The translations under genes and the position numbers were made by a program. Positions 40,073-48,929 of a stretch of DNA of 64,000 nt are shown here, in pieces. Below the pieces are notes generated by a model that saw nothing but the letters and a program-made list of their open reading frames with translations, was not told where the DNA came from and made no database searches. The DNA lies in the NCBI GenBank assembly GCA_902802115.1, contig CADCKW010000002.1, forward strand, positions 5,744 to 69,743. Direction: 5' to 3'. The stretch is from an uncultured Pseudomonadota bacterium (GTDB lineage: Bacteria > Pseudomonadota > Alphaproteobacteria > Rs-D84). Position 1 is the first letter of the stretch. The number at the start of each line of letters is the position of its first letter.

Positions 40073-41069
40073 TATTGCATTTATTCCTGTACGGGGCGGG
40101 TCGAAGTCTATACCGCTTAAAAACATTAAATTGTTGGCAGGAAAACCGCTGGTATATTGGACAGCGGCGGCGGCAAACAATGCAAAATGTATTGATCGGG
40201 TGATAATTGCAACAGACAGCGATGATATTCGTAATACGGTTTTGGGTTTTACTGATTTAAAAAAAGTCGAATTATATGATCGTGATGCTGCAAATGCGAC
40301 AGATACGGCCAGTACAGAAAGCGTCATGTTAGAATACATTGCAAAATCAAAGTTGGCACCTGACGATAACTTTTTTTTAATCCAGGCGACATCGCCATTA
40401 TTGCAATCCAACCATATTGATGAGATGTTTGCAAAAATGCAGGCAGACAAGGCAGATTCTGCACTGTCATGTGTTCGCAACAAACGCTTTTTCTGGTCGG
40501 GAGATGGTAAATCTGTTAATTATGATTATCGCGCACGTCCGCGTCGCCAAGAATTTGACGGGATATTAATGGAAAATGGTGCATGTTATATCAATTCTGT
40601 AAAAAATATATTGCGTGATAAAAATCGGTTGTCTGGTAAAATATCTGTATATGAAATGCCAGAATATACGGCGACAGAAATTGATGAACCAGATGATTTT
40701 TTGATAATTGAAAAATTGATGGCTAAATACAATAAATCTGCTTTGCCAACTGGTAAAACATTTTGTTTTGATATAGATGGTGTCTTGGGTAAATATGCAG
40801 ATATCAAAGATATGAATGGTGATTATGCGAATAATATACCAAATGAACAAATTATAAACATTTGTAATAAATTGTACGATGCTGGGAATAAAATTGTTTT
40901 ACATACTGCGCGCGGCAGTGGTAACGGTATCGATTGGTCGGCCACAACACGTGAACAAATGTCCCGTTGGGGTGTACGTTATCATGTATTAACTTTTGGC
41001 AAACCTGCGGCCGATTTTTATATTGATGATAAAATGTTATCTTTGGAACAACTAAAATTAATTTCTTAG
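40065..41069 (+). CDS. neuA: CMP-N-acylneuraminate cytidylyltransferase NeuA with a C-terminal HAD-like domain
   Basis: AFIPVRGGSKSIPLKNIK.LAGKPL; C-terminal FCFDIDGVL...HTARG. Confidence 0.75.
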   Translation: MTNIAFIPVRGGSKSIPLKNIKLLAGKPLVYWTAAAANNAKCIDRVIIATDSDDIRNTVLGFTDLKKVELYDRDAANATDTASTESVMLEYIAKSKLAPDDNFFLIQATSPLLQSNHIDEMFAKMQADKADSALSCVRNKRFFWSGDGKSVNYDYRARPRRQEFDGILMENGACYINSVKNILRDKNRLSGKISVYEMPEYTATEIDEPDDFLIIEKLMAKYNKSALPTGKTFCFDIDGVLGKYADIKDMNGDYANNIPNEQIINICNKLYDAGNKIVLHTARGSGNGIDWSATTREQMSRWGVRYHVLTFGKPAADFYIDDKMLSLEQLKLIS

Positions 41070-41070
41070 C

Positions 41071-41098
41071 AAAAAACCGGACGACAGTCCGGTTTTTT
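41071..41098. terminator. Bidirectional terminator AAAAAACCGGACGACAGTCCGGTTTTTT
   Basis: Hairpin plus T-run ending the glycan operon. Confidence 0.75.
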
Positions 41099-41122
41099 AT
41101 ATATACTCATCAATTGTGTGCT

Positions 41123-41953
41123 TTATCCTTTAAAACCATGGACTTGCCAACAAACGCTGGTTGCTGTTGCGGCACCATTGGTATTTGTTGTTCTCACAGA
41201 AAATGAAGATGCTGTTATCGGGGCAGCACCAATCCAAAAATTACCCACCTGGTTTATTGTTGCATAAACTTGATAATTTGTGTTTGCCATTTCAATAGGC
41301 ATATTAACAGTGACCGCAGAAGAATCTGTTGTTGTTGTGCCACCTTGTTCTACCCAGCCAGATTTGTATTTACGATACCATGTGTAATTATTGTCAGCTG
41401 TTGGTGATTGCGATTCAATAACGTAATCTATCATGCCGGTTGTGCGCGTGTTCAATGTGGTAATATCGTTGCGAATTTGCGACACATCGCCCAATGCTGC
41501 AATTTGCGCAGAAACCGCGGTAATTTCATTATGAATTTCTTGCATTTTCGCCAATAAAACAGCGGTGGATTCTTTGTTTGCTATTTCGCTGTATTGGGTT
41601 TGCAATGTTTCAAATTCGTCTTGCAAATCTTTCAAGATTTCCATCATATAATTCATATCTTGATTCAATGTCGTTGGACTGATTTTTTCCAATGGCTGAT
41701 AATCTGTCACGCGCGACAATGGTAATTGGCGCGCGATTGTAATGTTGTCCAATGCCGTCGGTGCAATTTCAAATACTACACGACCACCAATGTATGGAAT
41801 ATCAGCGTCCAATCCCCCAGGATTGCCAATTATTTCATAACCTGTGGCGGCGACATTATTTTTTGTGACAATAATATTTGAGTTTTCAAAATATGGGAAA
41901 TTAAATGCGAATTCTGTTGTTTCGCCGTTGCCCATGTATGATACTTTTTGCAT
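41123..41953 (-). CDS. Phage tail-fibre-like protein (orphan)
   Basis: N-terminal GNGETTEFAFNFPYF motif typical of tail-fibre N-termini, central coiled-coil, C-terminal beta-rich domain; RBS AAGGGAG. Confidence 0.5.
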   Translation of the reverse strand: MQKVSYMGNGETTEFAFNFPYFENSNIIVTKNNVAATGYEIIGNPGGLDADIPYIGGRVVFEIAPTALDNITIARQLPLSRVTDYQPLEKISPTTLNQDMNYMMEILKDLQDEFETLQTQYSEIANKESTAVLLAKMQEIHNEITAVSAQIAALGDVSQIRNDITTLNTRTTGMIDYVIESQSPTADNNYTWYRKYKSGWVEQGGTTTTDSSAVTVNMPIEMANTNYQVYATINQVGNFWIGAAPITASSFSVRTTNTNGAATATSVCWQVHGFKG

Positions 41954-41978
41954 ATTTTCTCCCTTGGTTATAAAAAAA

Positions 41979-42006
41979 AGCCCCCGCACAATGCAGGGGC
42001 AAAATA
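41979..42006 (-). promoter_or_regulatory. Hairpin GCCCCTGCATTGTGCGGGGGC plus T8 in the leader immediately upstream of the tail-fibre gene RBS
   Basis: Read on the minus strand; terminator/attenuator-like structure. Confidence 0.4.
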
Positions 42007-42174
42007 AAAAAACAGCCGACAAAATGTCTGGCCGAATATGTTTTGTATTATATCATAATTTTGGATTAAATACAAGAGTTTTTCTATGACTGGTTTTTTG
42101 TATGTAAAAATCTGTTGAAATATTCATGCGCAAAAATATAAAATGATGACACAAAGGAAGGAAAGGAGTTTTTT

Positions 42175-42717
42175 ATGAGAAAATTTTTATGTTCTGTGTT
42201 ATGTTTGGGCATGTTTATTGGTGTTGCCGATGCAAAAAATTTAACTGTATTTTTTTCCGTTTCTGGTAATACTGAACGTTTGGCAAATGCAATTCACAAT
42301 GTTGTCGGTGGCGATATTATGCGCATCGAGCCGGTAAATCCATACCCCACCGACGATTACCACAACAAAGAATTTACCGATTTGGCACAAAAAGAAAAAG
42401 CCGACAATGTGCGTCCTGAAATCAAAGATATGGATATAAATTGGGACGAATATGATACGGTGTTTGTTGGATATCCTATTTGGTGGGGGTCTATGCCAAT
42501 GGTGGTTTATACTTTCTTGGACAAATACGATTTATCAAATAAAACTATCGCGCCATTTAACACACACGAAGGTTCAGGTGCCGGCGATTCACATGGCGAA
42601 ATTGCACGTCTGGAACCAGATGCAACCGTTGTCGGCGGTATATCAATTCGTGGCGGCGATACCGTAAATGACCAAACAGAAACTATACTATCATGGTTAA
42701 AAAGCATTGGAAAATAA
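42175..42717 (+). CDS. Secreted flavodoxin-like protein (paralogue 2)
   Basis: Signal peptide MRKFLCSVLCLGMFIGVADA; motifs YPIWWGSMPM, PFNTHEGSGAG shared with 18309 and 43399. Confidence 0.6.
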   Translation: MRKFLCSVLCLGMFIGVADAKNLTVFFSVSGNTERLANAIHNVVGGDIMRIEPVNPYPTDDYHNKEFTDLAQKEKADNVRPEIKDMDINWDEYDTVFVGYPIWWGSMPMVVYTFLDKYDLSNKTIAPFNTHEGSGAGDSHGEIARLEPDATVVGGISIRGGDTVNDQTETILSWLKSIGK

Positions 42718-43396
42718 ATTAGATTTTATTCAAAAAAAATTAATTGCTGGGTGTGATGAAAAATACGCCCAGTTTGTCGCAAAAATTATTCCAAACATCA
42801 ATTATGAAACTATACTGGGAATTCGCACACCTGATTTGCGCAATATGGCAAAAAATCTATCCAAACAACAATGCGATAATTTTATAAAATCTGTGCCACA
42901 TAAATATTTCGAAGAAAACCAACTGCATGCTTTTATTTTATCTGGTATTCGCGATTTTGAAACTTGCGTTCGTGCGGTGGATTGTTTTTTGCCTTTTATT
43001 GATAATTGGGCAACTTGTGACCAAATGACACCAAAAGTTTTTGATAAAAACACAGATTCTTTGTTGCCATATATAAAAAAATGGATTGCAAGCAACACAC
43101 CATATTCTGTGCGTTTTAGTATAGTTTGTTTAATGCGGTATTATTTGGGTAATAATTTCAAACCAGAATATGCGCGTATGGTCGCAAATGTTAAATCAAA
43201 TGATTATTATATCAATATGGTGCGGGCTTGGTATTTCGCAACAGGTCTGGCAAAAAATTGGGATTCGATTTTGCCAATCGTTCAACAGCAAAAATTGGAC
43301 AAATGGACGCATAATAAAACAATTCAAAAGGCCCGCGAATCCCGTCGTATTTCACCAGAACAAAAACGATATTTAATCACACTAAAAATCATGTGA
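42707..43396 (+). CDS. DNA alkylation repair protein (AlkD/AlkC HEAT-like repeat family)
   Basis: ILGIRTPDLRNMAK and ...MVRAWYFATGL..NWD resemble AlkD-family motifs. Confidence 0.5.
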   Translation: MENKLDFIQKKLIAGCDEKYAQFVAKIIPNINYETILGIRTPDLRNMAKNLSKQQCDNFIKSVPHKYFEENQLHAFILSGIRDFETCVRAVDCFLPFIDNWATCDQMTPKVFDKNTDSLLPYIKKWIASNTPYSVRFSIVCLMRYYLGNNFKPEYARMVANVKSNDYYINMVRAWYFATGLAKNWDSILPIVQQQKLDKWTHNKTIQKARESRRISPEQKRYLITLKIM

Positions 43397-43398
43397 TT

Positions 43399-43914
43399 TT
43401 ATTTCAAATTGTTTTTTATCCAATTTTCCAGGTTTGATTTTGCACCACCGACAGACGACCCATAAATCGCCAAGCCTGGTTTTACATCTGCGCCAACACA
43501 AACCCGTTTCATGTCGCGCATAACATCGCCCAGACCAGAGCCTTCGTGTGTAGAAAAAGGCATAACTGTTTTACCCGACCAATCTATATTTTCCAAAACA
43601 GAAAACATTGGCATTGGATATGTTCCCCACCAAATCGGCCCACCAATAAATATAGTGTCGTATTCTGTTAAATCATCAGGCATTTTGCGAACAGCCGGGC
43701 GTGCGTTTTCATGCAGTTCTTGCTTTGCAACATCAGTGCATTTTTCGTAATCCGCCGGATAATCTTTGACAGGTTCAATTTCAAACAAATCTGCGCCGGT
43801 AATATCACGAATATAATCCGCCGCAACCGCCGTATTTCCGCGTGGCAAATTAACAATCGAACCACCAGAATAATTTTCACCTGAACGCGAATAATATAAC
43901 ACAATAGATTTCAT
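43399..43914 (-). CDS. Flavodoxin-like protein (paralogue 3, no signal peptide)
   Basis: IVLYYSRSGEN...IFIGGPIWWGTYPMPM...PFSTHEGSGLG. Confidence 0.6.
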   Translation of the reverse strand: MKSIVLYYSRSGENYSGGSIVNLPRGNTAVAADYIRDITGADLFEIEPVKDYPADYEKCTDVAKQELHENARPAVRKMPDDLTEYDTIFIGGPIWWGTYPMPMFSVLENIDWSGKTVMPFSTHEGSGLGDVMRDMKRVCVGADVKPGLAIYGSSVGGAKSNLENWIKNNLK

Positions 43915-44158
43915 AAAAAACTCCTTACTTTCTGTATTGAAATCGTATCACATGTTTTATCGTCTGCAAACCAATATTTTTTCGCACTGCTTGGATTTTT
44001 ATCGATATTTTGTAAAAAACCGATTCTGTTTATATTTTTAAAATTGTTAATTATGTCAATATTCACAGGAACAAATTCTCGTTTTGATTGTATCGATTGC
44101 AAATAACACTTATCCAGTTTAATATACAAAAAAACCAGAGTGTAAGGAGAAACAAAAA

Positions 44159-44422
44159 ATGAATCACTATCAAATTTGGCATGCAATCGATATGTTGGCA
44201 AAAAAATGCAAATTGTCTTGTTCTGGATTGGCTAAATTAAGCGGCCTGGACGCGACAGCATTTAATAAATCTAAACGCGTATCGAAATACGGTCAGCCGC
44301 GGTGGCCATCAACATTGTGTATTGCAAAAATACTGAAAGCAACCAGGGCTTCGTTGATGGATTTTTGTAAAATGATTCAAGAATCACCATCGGCACCGGA
44401 AAATGACAATCCGCATACTTGA
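44159..44422 (+). CDS. XRE/cI-like HTH DNA-binding protein
   Basis: LS.SGLAKLSGLDATAFNKSKR...PRWPS...IAKILKAT helix-turn-helix pattern. Confidence 0.5.
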   Translation: MNHYQIWHAIDMLAKKCKLSCSGLAKLSGLDATAFNKSKRVSKYGQPRWPSTLCIAKILKATRASLMDFCKMIQESPSAPENDNPHT

Positions 44423-44470
44423 AAAAATCGCTGATTGGCATTTGTGGATGAATTTAATTCAAATTTTAAC

Positions 44471-45544
44471 TTATAATCTTAAAAGTTTTACAATATATAA
44501 TTGTTCTTTAACTTTTTTATTATCTGTTGATTTAACCTTGCTATTACTCTTGTATCTTGCATAGTTGAACTCCACAAGTTCCGTTTCGCCATGCTTTTTC
44601 AAGATGCTCATTATATCTTTCTGGGGCATTATTCCTTCGTTATTATAACTCAAAAGCAAATAATTGCATTTTGCATTTTTTGCAAAGTTTTCTAATTCTG
44701 CCAACGCAGATTCTTTATGACAGAATCGAGACTTTTGTTTTGAATAATCTCGCATACCTGTTATACCATGCACTTCTGGATTATCATATTTTACTATTGT
44801 TTCTAACAAATGATAATTTGGTGCATATTGTCTTTTATTATATGGTGGATCGAGATAAAAAATATCCGCCTCTATTTCTGACAACAAATCAGAACTATTT
44901 TTATTGAATGCTTTTCCGGCTTTATTTCCAATACATAATTCAATGGGTTTTAATATAAATGGTTTGATTGCCCTTGGATCCCATTTTTTTTGGAACGCGG
45001 CATAGACACCCGCTACATTGGTAAATAAAGAAACATTCTCCAACAAACATGCTAACAGGACATAATATTCATCTTCTGTAAGATTTTCGTTTTTATACCA
45101 TTCTTCAATAACCTGCCTTATTGCATCAATTTTTGCAGCATTTTCATCAGACAGATACATTCTTGGTTGTTTTAAGTCCTTGGTTCCACCCACAGAATAG
45201 TTTTTATATATAAACCCCTCTCTATCAGGCAGGCATTTATTTAAATACGCAAGAACCTTGTCCATTGGAGATTCTAATAAGCTTGCCATGCAACAATCTG
45301 TTAAGATTGGTATAAGTTTTTTGAATTCTGGTTCTTTATTATTGGTAAGATATGCCCTCTGTAAGCAGTAAGATAGATACAATAAATCTGAAGAAAATAC
45401 CTTATAGCCTTTCTGTTTGAAAAATTTTGCCACAGATGCTGTGCCAGAAAATACATCAAAAAATGTATTTCCGTTTATGCCTCTTTGTTCCATGGCATCA
45501 TATATTCTTTCCAATAACTTGGTTTTGTTTCCTAGGTATCTCAT
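44471..45544 (-). CDS. Dam-family N6-adenine DNA methyltransferase (second MTase of a DpnII/MboI-type system)
   Basis: N-terminal MRYLGNKTKLL (cf. Dam YMGSKR) and motif IV DPPYN. Confidence 0.65.
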   Translation of the reverse strand: MRYLGNKTKLLERIYDAMEQRGINGNTFFDVFSGTASVAKFFKQKGYKVFSSDLLYLSYCLQRAYLTNNKEPEFKKLIPILTDCCMASLLESPMDKVLAYLNKCLPDREGFIYKNYSVGGTKDLKQPRMYLSDENAAKIDAIRQVIEEWYKNENLTEDEYYVLLACLLENVSLFTNVAGVYAAFQKKWDPRAIKPFILKPIELCIGNKAGKAFNKNSSDLLSEIEADIFYLDPPYNKRQYAPNYHLLETIVKYDNPEVHGITGMRDYSKQKSRFCHKESALAELENFAKNAKCNYLLLSYNNEGIMPQKDIMSILKKHGETELVEFNYARYKSNSKVKSTDNKKVKEQLYIVKLLRL

Positions 45545-45558
45545 TCTGCAATCTTTTT

Positions 45559-46428
45559 TTAGTAATTTGTCACCAATACTTCCTGCGTGTCATCTTTGTC
45601 CTTGTCTTTCACATTATAACTTGAATTCGCATAATTTTTTACAATATTATGAACATTATAATGCTCGTTTTTTTTCAACCAATCCAGTAGAAATTTATTT
45701 TCCTGTTTTTTATGCTTTGTGACGTTTGACAATGCGAACCTCACCCCTTTTTTATCAAGAGTATCTAACAAATCTAAAAGTTTTTGTTCTTCATTACTTC
45801 CCCAACCTGTAAACCCCCTTTTGCCATCATTGTATGTACCGGTTGTAATTAAATATGGGGGGTCTGCATAAACAAAATCTCTACTACCTAAGAAATTCAA
45901 ATCTAATTCATCAAAATTCTTGGCAACAAATATCGCATTCATGGAATGTAATTTATTCATGAAAGCAACAAGGTTTGCTTTTATCACACTGTTAAATGAA
46001 CTTCTCTGTTTTCCAAAAGGAACATTATATTGACGGGCATTATTAAAGCGGATTTGATGGTTAAACGAGTAAGCGGTTAGCAAAAACAGAAGAAGCGGAT
46101 CCTGGCATTCGTTATAACATTTTCGTAAGGTTAAATATGCCCCCCCATTTGTTTCGGACAATCCAAATTGTTTTATCTTTTGTTCTAGATAATCCAACGT
46201 TTTTTCAACTGAATTCTGCTGCAATGTTTTGTAAAGATTTACCAGTGGCTCGATATTATCATTAAAAACAACCTTGTCTGCAGTTATGTTTATTCCTACG
46301 TTTGCCCCACCAGCAAACAAATCGACGAATATATTTATATCATCTGGAAACAATGGTATAATCTGCGGCAAAATTTTGGTCTTGCCGCCTGTATAATTTA
46401 ATGGTGATTTTATAAAAGTACTCATCAA
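45559..46428 (-). CDS. Dam/DpnM-like N6-adenine DNA methyltransferase
   Basis: NYTGGKTKILPQI, FAGGANV, DPPY. Confidence 0.7.
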   Translation of the reverse strand: MMSTFIKSPLNYTGGKTKILPQIIPLFPDDINIFVDLFAGGANVGINITADKVVFNDNIEPLVNLYKTLQQNSVEKTLDYLEQKIKQFGLSETNGGAYLTLRKCYNECQDPLLLFLLTAYSFNHQIRFNNARQYNVPFGKQRSSFNSVIKANLVAFMNKLHSMNAIFVAKNFDELDLNFLGSRDFVYADPPYLITTGTYNDGKRGFTGWGSNEEQKLLDLLDTLDKKGVRFALSNVTKHKKQENKFLLDWLKKNEHYNVHNIVKNYANSSYNVKDKDKDDTQEVLVTNY

Positions 46429-47837
46429 TTTTTCCAGAAATCCAATAAATTCGTTATACCTTCGACAAAGATTTTAGGAGCTTTTATACCCAAAATCATT
46501 TGGCCTTTCCTATTCAGCATAAATCCTACCTCAACTTCAAGTATTTTTTCATTATCGCTACCATATAAAACAACGGTTCTAATTATCTTGAATTTCGGGT
46601 AATATTTATGAATATAGTCCCTTTCAACAACATCGTAGTTATTTAATTCATCTATACCATGTAATCTGCGTTCATACTTTTTGCCCTCTATATTGATGAT
46701 TTCATTATTTTTAGGATCCAATAACACCAAATCCGGTATGTATATTATTTTGTTCTTGTCTCCTGCCTTATACGCATCTCTGTCTTCATATTTGGCTAAC
46801 GGAATATGATCGCCCTTTGGTGTAATAAAATAGCCTTTTTCGCACCCCGCATGATTTTCAAAGATAGAGTAACCTTCTGTGAAACTTTCTACTACCAAAT
46901 GTATGAATATTGTGCCAAGTTTTTCTCCAAGCACATCGTAATGCCAGTAATCCATTTTAGGTTTCACCACAGGAATCTTAAGTCCCTGCAGCTTTATTCC
47001 CAAAATGTTTGCTATCAATATAAATTTATTGTCTTTGTCTTGTACGTGTTTTTGAATCAGCCCATGCTGTGTGATCACAATATCTTTCTTCCAACCAAGC
47101 CCCCTTAACACTTTTGAAATTATACTTAAAGCACCTATATTTGGGTCATGCGACAATGAATCATTCTTAACCAACCGACCAGAGATCTCTATTCCGTCAG
47201 CGTATTTTGTTATAATAATTGGTACATTGCCTTGTGGTGGCCGTCTCATTTGATTTTTAAAGTCTATCAATTCGTCTATATTATGAAACGGAACAAAAGT
47301 TTTTTTATCTAATTTTTTACCAACAATTTTTACTCCTAGACTCAACAACAATTTGGTACCAAAAATGTTCGTCTGGCTAGGTTCTGTCTTCTGTTCTATT
47401 TGGAGGTTATACAGCATTATCTTTTTTACATTTGGATAATAATTGTCCAAAAAAACAAATTTGGAACATCTTTGATAGACCCCTGTATTACGACTTTCGC
47501 TGTCATCTGTTTTTGTTTCTTCAATTGCGTATATTGGCTGGTCGGATTCTACTGGTTCCTTATACTGATAAAAAACCAAAAAATCAACAAAACTAGAATT
47601 ACCAGAAACTGTTTTTATGAATATTTTATCTACCTTATTGCATCTAAAACCTATCAATTCATAGGTAAAAATAAAGCGATTGTTTTTTATAATTGGCAAT
47701 ATTCGTAAGTTATCGACAAATGCCCCAACACCATAATCAGCAGCGAATTCTTCAAGTATCTGTTTTAAGACTTTTATTTTTGGTCTTTCTTCGGTCAATA
47801 TCCATAAATTCTTTTTAACTTTTCTAAAAAAACACAT
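46425..47837 (-). CDS. Putative type II restriction endonuclease (PD-ExK)
   Basis: IPDLVLLD...(16 aa)...NIEGKKY fits PD-x(n)-ExK; co-operonic with the two Dam-family MTases. Confidence 0.45.
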   Translation of the reverse strand: MCFFRKVKKNLWILTEERPKIKVLKQILEEFAADYGVGAFVDNLRILPIIKNNRFIFTYELIGFRCNKVDKIFIKTVSGNSSFVDFLVFYQYKEPVESDQPIYAIEETKTDDSESRNTGVYQRCSKFVFLDNYYPNVKKIMLYNLQIEQKTEPSQTNIFGTKLLLSLGVKIVGKKLDKKTFVPFHNIDELIDFKNQMRRPPQGNVPIIITKYADGIEISGRLVKNDSLSHDPNIGALSIISKVLRGLGWKKDIVITQHGLIQKHVQDKDNKFILIANILGIKLQGLKIPVVKPKMDYWHYDVLGEKLGTIFIHLVVESFTEGYSIFENHAGCEKGYFITPKGDHIPLAKYEDRDAYKAGDKNKIIYIPDLVLLDPKNNEIINIEGKKYERRLHGIDELNNYDVVERDYIHKYYPKFKIIRTVVLYGSDNEKILEVEVGFMLNRKGQMILGIKAPKIFVEGITNLLDFWKN

Positions 47838-48187
47838 CTAGCTTCCTCTTTGTAACGAATTATAAATTTTTTATATTTATTTTACAATTTTGTTTATCAA
47901 ACTTTCTCCTCTTTCCTTTTCCTGTTTTATCAAAAATGTATTCTTCTATTTTTTCAACATATTGTACCGATTTGGTATATTCCAACGGCGATATATAAGT
48001 TTTACTTGCATTTTTATCTATAAACTGAAAAGCCAGAAAAAATAGGTTATAAAATTTCATTATTTATTCATTTCTCTTGGCACAAGTATATATCAAAAAA
48101 ACATATGTTTCAATACAATTTCAAGACAGTTATAGCACCATCAAAACGGCGGATTTTTGGGACACATGAGTTTTATTTATAAAGTCT

Positions 48188-48465
48188 TCACAAAGTCCTT
48201 GACTTGTGCGGATTTTATGGTTATTATAAGTCGCGTTATTCGGGCATAGTTCAGTCGGTAGAACAACGGACTGTTAAAATACCGGGAGTTCTTAGCAAAA
48301 CCGTTTGAACCCACCACAAAAAAACCGCAGATTTCCGCGGATTTTTTTAACTCAAAATTTTTCAATTCTGATATCATATATGATATCTATGACCTAGCAT
48401 ATTAGGGCGATAAGTGGCAATAACTAGCACCTAATTTTGATAAAAACACATATTGACATACGGAG
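48188..48465 (+). repeat. Repeat A: tRNA-Asn promoter (TTGACT-17-TATTAT, 48198..48226) + exact 38-nt tRNA-Asn 5' half (48239..48276) + divergent tail + terminator-like CCGCAGATTTCCGCGGATTTTTTT + ~100 bp shared sequence
   Basis: ~90% identical to 54640..54915 over ~275 bp; 5' half identical to the intact tRNA-Asn at 55090..55165 through the anticodon loop CTGTTAA. Confidence 0.7.
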
Positions 48466-48597
48466 TCCATCGGTCATACGAAAAACACACCTAAAAATGC
48501 CCCCAATTTTTCATATCCGAAATCAATAATGATATCATACATGAAATCTGGTTAATTGCGCTTGATTTTATAAGCAGCATTTTAAACGAATAAATAA

Positions 48598-48735
48598 CTG
48601 GACTTTTAACGAAAGATATTGATGAATGCAACAACCTAAAAAGGATTGTTGATGAAGTACAAACATTTTCGGGAAATTGAACCCAGTAACAAAACCGATT
48701 TTATTATGCTCTATTTCGCGGCATGCCGATCATTG
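48598..48735 (+). repeat. Repeat R2, copy 1 (~140 bp, ~93% identical to 57343..57485), covering the start of small ORF 48646..48873
   Basis: Direct alignment of ...CAACCTAAAAAGGATTGTTGATGAAGTACAAACATTTTCGGGAAATTGAACCCAGTAACAAAACCG... with the 57.4 kb copy. Confidence 0.6.
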
Positions 48736-48929
48736 CACGAGTTAGAGAACGCCATACGCAGAGCAAACAACGGCAACCTAACCTGCCGGCAGACGTGGTT
48801 GCTCCGTCGCATCCAGCGCAAGTTGATACAAATGGTTGCTATGTGGAAAAACAATTCTAATAAAATTTTATAAAACACCTTGATTTTTATTGTGTTTTTC
48901 TTCTACAATCGTCGCAAGGAAAGGATTTT

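Noticed and set aside
43911-44201. 96-aa minus-strand ORF upstream of the flavodoxin paralogue
   Set aside because: AT-rich intergenic/promoter region between divergent genes; it overlaps the start of the HTH gene, has no RBS and a non-coding composition.
48236-48276. Reading the plus-strand tRNA-Asn 5' halves (A and B) as functional tRNA genes
   Set aside because: Downstream sequence cannot pair with the acceptor or anticodon stems (no TCCGT, no T-arm, no 3' acceptor strand), so they are fragments or chimeric modules, not tRNAs.
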